Notes: generated by a model not told the origin, from the letters alone. Shown: positions 39,343 to 51,614, numbered from the stretch's first letter. The stretch: 64,000 bases of DNA from Octopus vulgaris (GCA_951406725.2 OX597834.1:8246001-8310000), one strand, 5' to 3'. A program made the numbers and translations.

Positions 39343-41473
39343 TGATATGTTTCATTGGCTGATGTTTTTGTACAATAAATGTGTTGTGTATGTTGTGCTC
39401 AACAAACTGACTGACATGATTAACTCGTGAACTATTTATGCAGTGAAGTGAATGACTTTCATTTGGAATTTGTGTCCACCGATAATCAGGTGGTAATTAC
39501 TGGTATGAAATTAACTGGCAAGTTTATGATATCATTTATCATACCTCTAGATATCATTGTTCATTGTTTTAGGCGGAAGAGAAAGAAGATATTTCATTGG
39601 CTGTTGCTGTTGTATAATAAATATGTTGTGTATATTGTGTCCACTGATAATCAACTGGTAATTACTGGTATGAAATTAACTGGCAAGTTTATGATATCAT
39701 TTATCATACCTCTAGATATCATTGTTCATTGTTTTAGGCGGAAGAGAAAGAAGATATTTCATTGGCTGTTGCTGTTGTATAATAAATATGTTGTGTATAT
39801 TGTGTCCACTGATAATCAACTGGTAATTACTGGTATGAAATTAACTGGCAAGTTTATGATATCATTTATCATACCTCTAGATATCATTGTTCATTGTTTT
39901 AGGCGGAAGAGAAAGAAGATATTTCATTGGCTGTTGCTGTTGTATAATAAATATGTTGTGTATATTGTGTCCACTGATAATCAACTGGTAATTACTGGTA
40001 TGAAATTAACTGGCAAGTTTATGATATCATTTATCATACCTCTAGATATCATTGTTCATTGTTTTAGGCGGATGAGAAAGAAGATATTTCATTGGCTGTT
40101 GCTGTTGTATAATAAATATGTTGTGTATATTGTGTCCACCGATAATTAGGTCGTAATTACTGGTATGAAATTAACTGGCAAGTTTATGATATCATTTATC
40201 ATACCTCTAGATATCATTGTTCATTGTTTTAGGCGGAAGAGAAAGAAGATATTTCATTGGCTGTTGCTGTTGTATAATAAATATGTTGTGTATATTGTGT
40301 CCACTGATAATCAACTGGTAATTACTGGTATGAAATTAACTGGCAAGTTTATGATATCATTTATCATACCTCTAGATATCATTGTTCATTGTTTTAGGCG
40401 GAAGAGAAAGAATATATTTCATTGGCTGTTGCTGTTGTATAATAAATATGTTGTGTATATTGTGTCCACCGATAATTAGGTCGTAATTACTGGTATGAAA
40501 TTAACTGGCAAGCTTATGATATGATTTATCATACGTCTAGATATCATTGTTCATTGTTTTAGGCGGAAGAGAAAGAGGATATTTCATTGGCTGTTGCTGT
40601 TGTATAATAAATATGTTGTGTATATTGTGTCCACTGATAATCAACTGGTAATTACTGGTATGAAATTAACTGGCAAGTTTATGATATCATTTATCATACC
40701 TCTAGATATCATTGTTCATTGTTTTAGGCGGAAGAGAAAGAAGATATTTCATTGGCTGTTGCTGTTGTATAATAAATATGTTGTGTATATTGTGTCCACC
40801 GATAATTAGGTGGTAATTACTGGTATGAAATTAACAGGCAAGCTTATGATATGATTTATCATACGTCTAGATATCATTGTTCATTGTTTTAGGCGGAAGA
40901 GAAAGACGATATTTCATTGGCTGTTGCTGTTGTATAATAAATATGTTGTGCATGTTGTGTCCACTGAAATCAGATGGTAATTACTGGTATGAAATTAACT
41001 GGCATGTTTATGATATCATTTATCATACGTCTAGATATCATTGTTTATTGTTTTAGGCGGAAGAGAAAGAGGATATTTCATTGGCTGATGTTTTTGTATA
41101 ATAAATATTTTATACATGTTGTGCTGAACAAACTAACTGACATGAGTAACTTGTGAAATATTTATGCTGTGAAGTGAAAGACTTTCATTTGGAATTTGTG
41201 GCCACTGATAATCAGATGGTAATTACTGGTATGAAATTAACTGGCAAGTTTATGATATCATTTATCATACGTCTAGGTATCATTGTTCATTGTTTTAGGC
41301 GGAAGAGAAAGAAGATATTTCATTGGCTGATGTTTTTGTATAATAAACATGTTATGTTGTGCTGAAATTAACTGGCAAGTTTATTATATCATTTATCATG
41401 CGTCTAGATATCATTGTTCATTGATAGTATCATAACTTCTTTCGGGGTATTGTTTTAGGCGGAAGAGAAAGAA
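39343..41473. repeat. 165-bp tandem repeat array (about 12 units) with longer parental-type units at the edges
   Basis: Units start at 39471, 39636, 39801, 39966, 40131, 40296, 40461, 40626, 40791 and 40956, followed by a unit near 41197 and a partial one near 41365. A ~76-bp extra segment occurs only at about 39395-39470 and 41120-41197. Confidence 0.95.
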
Positions 41474-41499
41474 GCATTTGTCAACGCGCCGCAATTATA

Positions 41500-42405
41500 C
41501 GGTGTGTTAGGGCGAAATTTTATGATGTTTTATATTACTTTGTTTCAAGAACAGCTTCAGTATTGGTGAACAGTCAGCGGGTTTGGAGATCATAAAAATT
41601 AACGTTATAGTAGGAAGAAAAGTTAGCTGACTTAGAGAGGAATGGAAGCCATCTCAGTACTGGAAAATAGTTACCTCTATCATGATGATTCACCCAGGGT
41701 TTCAAAATGCCGACATCATGACTACAGCTCAATGCACTGTTAACACAATAAATGCGGTAAAACGTGACATGGCCAGATGCCATAGAGTCTACAAATCCAT
41801 GGCATGAGGGATGGATACAGCAGGCGTTCTGACCATTCATACGCAGGAATTCACCCCTATATCATTAACCAGAGCCTTAGGCTCAATTCAGAGTGCTATG
41901 GGAAGCAGCTGGAGACCGTGGTCAAAACTGGGCTGGAGATGGTTGCTGATGAAAGGTTGAAAGTGTGACAGCAGAATTCGGCTCCTAGTCATAACTTTGA
42001 AAAGTGTCAGAAATGGTTGCCAGAGAATTTCCGCTAAAGCACCTACCCTAATTTATGGCTTCCTAATTGCTCCGATTGCAACCCTATGGATAACAACGAG
42101 TGCGGGACATTTGACAATGACACCAAACCCTCTGCCTGCGTCAACAATTTCGAGCTGGTGATGACCAATATCAAAGAAGATATCGAAGGATCCACCCATT
42201 GACACTTTGACACATGCCCCAGGTACCGCACTCAGCTTGAAGTCGTAGTGGAAGCTGCGGACTGCTAATTTGAGTCAACTGTCGTTATTTAACTACAGTC
42301 TGGTCGGTATGTTTTTGAAGCTTTGAAATATATTTATTTTTCGTGTATTATGTTGTGTGTTTTTTTCCTTTTATAAAAACTGTCAAATTCTGCCCGAACA
42401 GCCAG
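41500..42405 (+). mobile_element. internally deleted Tc1/mariner-superfamily (maT, DD37D-type) transposon fossil
   Basis: Manual translation of about 41855-42275: LRLNSECYGKQLETVVK...QQNSAPSH...QKWLPENF...NLWLPNCSDCNPMD, with 37 residues between the QQ(D>N) and NPMD positions. Degenerate TIRs CGGTGTGTTAGGGCGAAATTT and AAATTCTGCCCGAACAGCCAG, each flanked by TA. Confidence 0.8.
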
Positions 42406-43219
42406 TATTTTCTATATTCGATAATCGCAACTGAACAATTATCTTTGATATCATTTTGGTGCGGCCCTACATTATTTTAACCAGATTGTTTTCATATAGT
42501 GTGTTTTCATATACGTCTTTATATTGAAGTAACTTTATACTACTCTTCAGAACTACTTGTTGACTTGGTCATATCTGTGTGGATATTCTTAATGTTCCAG
42601 AACTTGGCAGACAAATTTTGGTATGCTTAATTGTTTGTTCTTGACATTAACTTATTTTATCATCAGTTTGCTTTTCAATTTAGTTTCGCGGATAGAAATT
42701 TATATTGTGATGTTATATCCAACCTTACATTCTGCTTTCACTCAATTGTTATTATGCTATTTCTAGCTTTGACTTTTTCGTATTTCTTCTGTATCCAGTT
42801 ACGACGAGTTTGATTTATCAAATTCTATTTCAAATTCAAGTTATAATATTGTTTTGTCTTTACCTGAATCTCTTTTCCTTCAAGATAGTTCCACCTCTCC
42901 TTACTTACACACACACACACAAACACACAAATTCACACAAACACAGAGGTATATGTATGTATATATATATAGATGAACGCATATACGCATATTTGAATAT
43001 TTACTCATATCTTTTCGAATTACTCAAATCTGTTTCCATCCTCTTGCTTTCGTCTATTTTCCTCTTCCTAATGCTTTTTTAACAGTTGCCTAGGTTTTGC
43101 AAGCAGTTTGCGATATCTGTATGTGTGTTAGTTATAGTATTTTCTACATCTTTCAGACTGAGATTACAAACTTCTGACAGTGAGTGTCCTCAACAGAGAA
43201 GCGCAAAATTACTCATCGA

Positions 43220-43400
43220 ATTCATCGTTGTAAATACAAACGATACAGTATTGATGAAGCTACTTAAAAATAGAAGGCTGAGTTATTAGAATAGCTTCGT
43301 CCAATTACATCGTCGAATATACAGATTCCAAGAAAAAATGTCTCATCGGAACTTCAGAAGATATCTTCAAATAACATGGGAAGGTCATTTGAGTCATTGT
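43220..43400 (+). pseudogene. possible ancient RTE thumb-region fragment
   Basis: MSHRNFRRYLQITWEGH resembles RTE xxxCLRRILxIxWxD. A second worn piece at 44130-44372 (DALDGLSNELLQ...AKTLLNR) is also RTE-like. Confidence 0.35.
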
Positions 43401-44618
43401 ACAAAAAGATAGACATAATTACGAGAAAAATATCATTGATGAGAATGCATGGTTGATAATCATTCTTCCGCTGTTTTGTATAGACATCACTTACTTTTCG
43501 TTTTCACATTTAGATTAGGGAGTTTAAATCACCATGATAGGGAACACTTTGAAAGCAAAGCCAGTTTTTGAACGTCATTAGTCTTCGACGTGTATCTAGG
43601 ATAATTGCATCTGAAGTACTGCTTCTCATTTACGACGATTGTACATTATGCATCTCTTGCATATAGGCCGGGCCGAGAAAGATGGTGGCAGTGGTTTGCC
43701 GAACGGTTTGGATTTCAATATATATAAAGGAGACTGGACGCTGCGAACTGAGCAAAATGCTTAGCGGTATTTCGTCTGCCTTTACGTGCTGAGTTCAAAT
43801 TATGCCGCGTGAGAAATCAATTTGGATTTCATTCTTTCAGGGCCGATAAAATAAATACCAGCTGAATACGTGGGTACATTTAATCGACTTAGCACCTTCC
43901 GGAAGCTTCAAGCTTTGCTCAGAAATTTGAAACAGATATACAAATAAGCTTACTGAAGTTTGATAGTAAGTAGGCGATGGTAGATCTGAACATTTGCAAA
44001 GAAGTGTGTATATACGGAAGAAGCCTTAGCAGGGAAATGGTTTCTTCTGCGATTCGTCAGCGTCTGGAGTGTTTTTGAAAACGTCCAACGCTTTATTAAA
44101 TTTGGAAAATACAGAATCGCATTAGAATCACACGATGCACTTGATGGATTGTCTAACGAACTTCTTCAACTTTACCCGGTTTCCAATACGTACAAAGTAG
44201 ATTTTACGAATGCATCCGATGTTTATGGAAGAAAGGCACCGGACAATCTGGTTAGATATAAATAAGATAGTTGTTAAGACTCCTGCTGTTCTTTTGAGTC
44301 GGTTCGTTTATATAGCTGTAGGTGTAATTCCTTTCAAACAGTCGGCATTACAGCCAAGACACTTCTGAACCGAAATACTGATGTAAACAAAATTCATATA
44401 ACCTGAATTATGATTATGTAAGGAAACCACATTTGACAGATATTTGGAGAATTTGGTTCAGTCACAATCTTTTTACATGGTCGGTTATTATTATTAAGAG
44501 TGTGTCAGTTGGCGAGCTAGCAGAATCACTCGCGCGCCGGACAAAAGACATTGCAGCATTTCATCCGTCTTTAGGTTAAGTCGGTGATCTGGCATAATGG
44601 TTAGCACACCGAGTATAC

Positions 44619-44651
<33 letters not shown>

Positions 44652-44692
44652 ATAATAATAATAATAATAATAAAAATAATAATAATAATAAT

Positions 44693-46527
44693 AAAAAGGC
44701 GTTTGATAGCATCCCCCACACATGGATCCTCGAAACACTAGCCATTAACAAAGTAGCACCAACAATTATAAAATTCATTGGGCACTCTATGAATAAATGG
44801 CAAACAGTGCTACAGCTCCAAACAAAAGAGGGACTCATGAAAACCAAAGCCATCCCCATTAGAAGAGGAATATTCCAGGGAGACACGCTCTCTCCACCCC
44901 TTTTCTGCTTGGCACTGTCACCTCTATCTGATATGCTAAATAGAACTGGATGCGGATATAAATGTTACGGCAAAACGATCAGCCACCTTTTATATATGGA
45001 TGACCTAAAACTATACGCTGCAAATGACAAACAGCTGGAAACACTATTAAAGACAGTTCATAGATTTACCAAAGAAATAGATATGAAATTTGGATTAGAA
45101 AAATGCGCCAAAAAGAATATTATAGACGAGTTAGATCAATACTAAAAACATAGCTCAATGCTAAAAACAAGATAATAGGTATTAACACTTTAGCTGTCCC
45201 AGGTATAAGTTACAGCTACAATATCCTTAACTGGACACTAAATGAACTGACCAAAATAGATAGGAAAACAAGAAAAATAATGACAGGATCTAGGATGCAT
45301 CACCCAAAATCTGACATAGAAAGACTATATATACAACGTATAGAAGGGGGTAGAGGCCTTATACAGCTGGAAAACTACTATAAAATAACCACCATAGGAC
45401 TGCAAAAATATCTACTTCAGAAAGAAGGAAAACTGATACTAATAGCGGCAAAACACGAGCAAAACAAAAAACTGTTCTCAGTATTTAAGGAAGCTGGCAA
45501 ATACAAACAAGAAATCATACCACCTAACAAATATAAAGAAGAAGAAGAAGAAGAAGAAGAAGAAGAAGAAGAAGAAGAAGAAGAAGAAGAAGAAGAAGAA
45601 GAAGAAGAAGAAGAAGAAGAAGAAGAAACAACAAAAGCTATAAAACAAATGAATTCCAAACTAAAAATAGAACAGCAAAGAACCATGATAAAACGATGGC
45701 AAGAAAAACCCCTTCATGGTAAATACTAGACTAAACTAAATGCAAAAGAAATAGACAAAGAAAAATCACAGTACTGGTTGAGAAGCTCAGGACTCAAAGC
45801 AAAGACAGAGGCATTTTTAATTGCAGCACAAGACCAAAGCCGCCCCACCAGAAATTACCAAAAACATTTAATGAAAAGAAATATAACAAGTAACTGCAGA
45901 ATATGTGGAGATGGACAAGAAACAATAAATCATATTATCTCTGGCTGCCCAGTCCTGGCTAAGAAGGAATATATTCACAGACATGACAGAGTTGGAACCT
46001 ACATACACTGGAAGCTATGCCAACATTATGGAATAACAACAGAAAAAAGATGGTATAGGCACACACCAGAAAAGGTCACAGAAAACGAGAAAGCAACCAT
46101 ACTCTGGGATATGCCGATACACACAGAAAGAGAAATTAAGGCCAACTGACCAGATATAGTTGTCAGAGATCATGAAGAAAAAAATGTTTTCCAATTGATG
46201 TATCAATACCGGCAGATGACAACTTGTCTCTAAAAGAAATGGAGAAACTTTCAAAATACAAAGACCTGGAAATAGAGGTAACCAGAATGTGGAATCTAAA
46301 AGCAGAAACAATTCCTATCATAGTAGATGCATTAGGCATGATAAAAAAATATTCAGACAAATACATAACAAAAACACCAGGACTTACAAACACATATAAC
46401 ATAGAGAAAATTGCACTACTAGGCACTGCACACCATCAGAGCATCACAACAAATCACAGCACATACCCAAGGCACACAGAGCTGCGCTCGGTAGTGAAGT
46501 GAAAGCACGCTATAGAAAATAAAACTA

Positions 46528-46530
<3 letters not shown>
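44693..46530 (+). mobile_element. 5'-truncated R4/Dong-type non-LTR retrotransposon (RT + CCHC knuckle + restriction-like endonuclease), inactivated, inserted in (AAT)n
   Basis: KKAFDSIPH, GIFQGDTLSP, YMDD, MKFGLEKC, GGRGL, CRICGDGQETINHIISGC (CX2CX8HX4C), RHD, ILWD, PDIV...IDVSIP, EKLSKYKDL. Stops, frameshifts and internal deletions present. (AAT)n at 44653-44692 and 46531-46620. Confidence 0.93.
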
Positions 46531-46604
<74 letters not shown>

Positions 46605-46936
46605 TAATAATAATAATAATCATCCTTAATGCCAGGCTTAGTACTCATGAAATTGTGTTGATCTTCGATGCTGAGTCTACCATTCCAACTTTTGGGATGC
46701 TCGTAACTTCATATTGTCTTCTGTCGCTCACTTACCTGAAATCACTGACCATTATCGTTTTCAATTAGGAAAGCAGCATGAATAATCCAGACAGTGGAAT
46801 ATATTTTAAGACTTTTGTTTTTATGCTTTGTTTAATCGGAACGACCTTCATTGATAATATCATACCAGCATGGTTTAAATTCAAAACTTAACTATCCTTA
46901 GTATTCGAGTCAATACATTTCAGGAAAGACCAAGAT

Positions 46937-47121
46937 CATTATTTACATTATTTACATTCGACGGATATTTGTCCTCATCTTGTTTGTTGTTAACGCAACG
47001 TTTCGGCTGATATATCCTCCAGGCTTCATCAGGCGTTTTGCGGAAATTTCGAACCTGGATTCTCATTCCCAAGGTATTTTTCGATGTTATTATTATTATT
47101 ATTATGATTATCATTACTATT

Positions 47122-47193
<72 letters not shown>

Positions 47194-47260
47194 GTTCAGG
47201 TCACTGACTGGAACCGAACTCGCAATCTTGGGGTTAGTAGCTCACGCTCTTAAACACTGC
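46937..47260 (-). mobile_element. composite short element: tRNA-like head + (AAT)n + hammerhead ribozyme + ATGTAAATA-repeat tail
   Basis: Minus strand: GCAGTGTTTAAGAGCGTGAGCTACTAACCCCAAGATTGCGAGTTCGGTTCC (A/B-box-like), ~105-nt AAT tract, then the hammerhead below; the 3' part recurs at 5034-5117. Confidence 0.7.
46992..47037 (-). ncRNA. minimal type-I hammerhead ribozyme motif
   Basis: AACGC-CUGAUGA-A-GCCUG(loop)CAGCC-GAAAC-GUU-GCGUU: perfect 5-bp stem I, canonical core boxes, one mismatch in stem II (perfect GGCUG/CAGCC in the copy at 5034), palindromic AACGUU stem III. Confidence 0.75.
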
Positions 47261-48939
47261 GTTGTAGTTTCTTATTTTGCTTATATTAATATGTGAATGA
47301 CATTCAGCACAAAAGTATTTTCAAGAAACAATTATTATTCAGATGTCAATTGTTTGAGATTGACACCTTAAGACTGCTATAATGTTACGGCATTGCTATG
47401 GTTAGTGGTACTTGAAACATATTCACAAGTTTTACAGAAGTAATTTAGTTTAAGTGCGTTTCCAGTTTTCTTGAAAATATGTATTTTATTGGAAAATAAA
47501 GGAGAAAATATTAGACTCTAGAAACGTGATTGTAGATGGTTAGCAGCTATAATGATTTATTTCATAAAGGTTTTTTTTTTTATTGTAAAAGCAATTGGTA
47601 TCGGCCTATTACGTTTTCCGAATTGCGATGAACATTTTTATAGTAAGAAGATTCAACGAATGATGAAATTTCTGAAGTAAGGAAGATATATGAGTGACAG
47701 ATCTGCAGTAAGAAGGTATCAAAAGATTATATGAAATTGCTCTTTATGAGTTGTGCGTTAAATATCGCATTAAATATTGGAAAGGCAAAGAAAATAACGA
47801 ACATATTGTTATTACAAATGAAGCTCTTAAACCTGCATCATTGCCTTTACTGATTGCATAGAATAGCTCAATCTATGTAATATATAATGCGAGTATGTGT
47901 GTGCGTGCGTGAATATGCATGTGTGTGGATGTGTGTATTCGTATATCATCATAGCCTGAATTAACCTCATGTTCCTTGTGTAATCGATATTACTACCATT
48001 TCTAGATTTGATATTCTCTTTCTAATGATACACAGCATTCATATATGCATAATATTTTATTATTTACATATATTTAATATTAAATACTTCACCTATCACA
48101 TATTATTTAATATTCTTTTAGCGATGAATATGAACGTGTAATATATACATATATACGTATACAGAGAAGAAAAAAATGAATTTTTAAAATATCAGTATTT
48201 TAAACAAAATATCGATAATCCCCGAAGGAAATTTCATTGATTTTCCCCTTTTAATGAATCTTGTAATCCTTCATTTAAAAGCTTACATAATTTCGAATTT
48301 GTAATTTAATTCCCAAAATTATTTATTTGTATTTAGCTGCGTATATTAACTGCACTTCGATTCGTTAGAAATTCTCAACACGGCAAAGATAGGAAAAAAC
48401 CATTCTTACGCATGTGTTGTAGCAGTCAGTAAGATGTAGTCCTATACTGAATCTATAAACATTTAAGTGATAGTAAATACGTGATAAGTTTGGTCAATGA
48501 CCACTCGCCTTTGTCATGTGTAATACAAATTAATGGCAAACGTTGGAGTAACTCAGAACCTTAATGTTTTAGATAGTAACGACTAACATTTTGGAAACAC
48601 TGTTTGACATTTTTTGCAGCATTCAATTTGCTATCATAGGGATTATTTAAGGCTTAAAAGAGCAGAAATGGAGTCAGTACATGAAATGTCAATTATTGGA
48701 GTTAGGTAGATTACGTACAGAGCCAAGGAGATTTCAATTGGGAATTTCTTAAAACACACATTATTTAATTGAATCTCCCCAGATGTAAATTTTCTAATTT
48801 TTCTATCAACAAAGTCAAAGAATTCTACCAGGTGTGCTAGAGTTATGCTTTGCGATTCTCAGGGATGTCAAGGGAGAACCTAATGAGCAATATTTACAGC
48901 GTTTCTGACGATGAGAAAGATATTTACATATTTTGTCAA

Positions 48940-49150
48940 TTCTCTTACTTGTTTCAGTCATTTGAGAGCGGTCATGCTGGAGCAACGCCTCTTAGACGAA
49001 GAAATCCACGCCAGGACTTATTGTTTATACGCCCGTTGTTTATTATATCGGTTTCTTTTGCCAAACCGTTAAGTTACGGAGACGAAAACATACCTATATC
49101 CGTTCTCGAGCCAGGGTGAGAGGTACAAACATAGACACAAGCATACACAC
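48940..49150 (-). mobile_element. degenerate SINE family B 3' half
   Basis: TACTTGTTTCAGTCATTTGA...CATGCTGGAGCA...TTTTGCCAAACCG. Confidence 0.7.
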
Positions 49151-49224
49151 AGAAAAATACAACATACATGCATATATATGTGTGTATATATACACACACA
49201 CATACACACACACACACACACATA

Positions 49225-49255
<31 letters not shown>

Positions 49256-49293
49256 TAAACATATATATATATATGTGTGTGTATATATATTAT

Positions 49294-49560
49294 ATTAAAT
49301 TAGAGACAAAACCACTTTTAGGCAAATCATACAATGAAAAACATAAGCCAATACATAAGATTATTTAATTTATATTATTTAAATATATAACAAAATTATT
49401 TAAAAAATATAATTAATATAAAACTACGATCGTTTCATGGCTGTTAATTTCTTTAAATATTCGAGTTACAGTCATTCATCAGGTGGTTTAAATATTTATC
49501 TTGGCTAGGTTTAAATCTGATTTTTCCCTGTAAGTTTGGATTTATTCTCTAATATTTATT
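49294..49560 (-). mobile_element. TA-embedded Penelope-like/retrozyme fragment containing a hammerhead
   Basis: Unique ~265-bp insert between TA tracts, carrying the motif at 49421-49489. Confidence 0.6.
49421..49489 (-). ncRNA. type-I hammerhead ribozyme motif (second family)
   Basis: AAACCAC-CUGAUGA-AUGACUGU(23-nt loop)ACAGCCAU-GAAACGAUC-GUAGUUU: canonical cores, 7/8-bp stem II, 6/7-bp stem I, palindromic ACGAUCGU. Confidence 0.7.
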
Positions 49561-49571
49561 ATATGTATATA

Positions 49572-49640
<69 letters not shown>

Positions 49641-49740
49641 ATATAGCCTGCCGGTACTGCTTGTTAGTAGCCTCAATTATTAATTGATCATTTTTTACCG
49701 TTCTGGTTTTATACGCATGCTACGTGACTGATATTATATC

Positions 49741-49774
<34 letters not shown>

Positions 49775-49775
<1 letters not shown>

Positions 49776-50140
49776 TAGCAGTATCGCCCGGCGTTGCTCG
49801 GGTTTGTAAGGGAAATAACTATAAAGCATTTTTAGAGTTATAGCCAAAAAATGGAAAAAAAAATTATGGTATATTTTTTTGAGAGTTAAGAAGGTCGAGT
49901 TGCGTCCCCTAGAGAGTCTGTGGTTTGTGTTTCTGATTCTCGACCCCATGTCGAATTTATCGATTTTTTTCAGAACTGGGTGAACTTTTCAAAATTTTCG
50001 CTGCGTTAGTTTTGAATTATGACATTGGGCTATGTGTGTGTCAAGTTTCATCAGAATCGGTTGAAAGCCGTGGTCAGGGTGAGGGTACAAGCAAACAGAC
50101 ACACAGAAATACACACAGACAAACTGCCGTTTATATATAG

Positions 50141-50141
<1 letters not shown>
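49775..50141 (-). mobile_element. non-autonomous Helitron
   Basis: Minus strand begins A|TCTATATATAAA and ends CTAG|T, with a GC-rich hairpin CCCGAGC-AAC-GCCGGG about 12 nt before the 3' end; internal GTCT/GT microsatellite; no TSD. Confidence 0.85.
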
Positions 50142-50203
<62 letters not shown>

Positions 50204-50243
50204 CATATATTTATATACATACATATATATATACATACATACG

Positions 50244-50298
<55 letters not shown>

Positions 50299-50302
<4 letters not shown>

Positions 50303-50609
50303 GAAATGAAGAAAATGCTGACAGAATAATTTAAGTAAGGGAGAGTGTATTTAATTAGGTGAAAGTTCTTTTTACCGGTTGCGCATTTGTTATGCTTATC
50401 AAAAGATTTTTTTTAAGAGAGATAGAGTTCCTTTCTGATAGATTTTTTCTCTTATCTGAGAAAAAAATCTATCAGAAAGGAACTCTATCTCTTAAAAAAA
50501 ATCTTTTGATAAGCATAACAAATGAGCAACCGGTAAAAAGAACTTTCACCTAATTAAATACACTCTCCCTTACTTAAATTATTCTGTCAGCATTTTCTTC
50601 ATTTCCTTT
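50299..50609. repeat. near-perfect hairpin, ~150-bp arms, ~6-nt loop, embedded in (TA)n
   Basis: 50299-50451 is the reverse complement of 50458-50609 with one substitution and two small indels. Confidence 0.93.
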
Positions 50610-50647
50610 TTTTATATATCACAACTCGTGTTCCACATCTCCTCTTT

Positions 50648-50708
<61 letters not shown>

Positions 50709-51565
50709 TTATACGTACACACATACACCTATATTTATCTACCACATGTACAATGCTGAAATGTTACGTTTTAACGTCCAAGATATTAGTCTATACAGTA
50801 TGGATTAGCATTTAAGTAATAATCAATTACCGATCAATCATCATCATTTAATAAGCAATGAAAAACTAGATATTAATTACAGTAAAGAGCGGTGAAGACA
50901 TGAAAGGGATAAAATTTACATAGTATGAGGAAAGCTTTGCAAAATATTTGGACGTATTAAACTAAAAATGAGAGAGCTTGATTGAATTACATCATTAATG
51001 GTGAAAAACTGATACTATAAAAGCAGAAATGAAGTACAAGGCCTCCATAAAAGTTGGGGAAGCCAGAGTTCGGGTGTTAATGTGTGTTTCTGTATAAGTA
51101 TTTATTTATGTGTATACTGACAGAATTAGTAAATACACTAGGATGTAAGTGAGTGGTGTATGCATTGACAGCACAGTAACCAGATATATGTGTACATGGA
51201 TGTTTGTGCGTTGAAAGGTTCTACGCTTCTATGAATTTCACAAAGTTGCAATAATATATAAATCCATTTGTGTGTATATGTGTGTGTGTGTAATTATATA
51301 CATATAAGGGAAAGGTTAAAATATTTGATACATCGAAATGGAATGCAACATCTGTTAACTTACTTTCAATTATCTGAGTAGACTGCAACTGTTGTTTGAA
51401 GTTTATTGTGCATCTTCGTCACTTTTCAGTCGAATAATATGCGTATTTGTGTGTACGTGAGAGAGATAGAGAGGACGTCTTTGTGCGTGCGTATGTGTGT
51501 GTGTGGGCGTGAGGTTGTATACAGAAGCAATACACGTATAAACGTATATACATATATATGTATGC

Positions 51566-51608
<43 letters not shown>

Positions 51609-51614
51609 CGTATG

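Noticed and set aside
39636-39690. Hammerhead-like CCA-CUGAUAA...GAAAUUAAC-UGG in the 165-bp unit (would make the array a retrozyme)
   Set aside because: The core has G8>A, stem II does not abut GAAA, and there is no NUH cleavage triplet. Worth only a quick motif scan.
39427-41365. 240-aa repetitive ORF, or a CRISPR-like array
   Set aside because: The ORF is a by-product of the 165 = 55 x 3 period and is broken by stops in variant units. There are no unique spacers or cas genes, and the context is eukaryotic.
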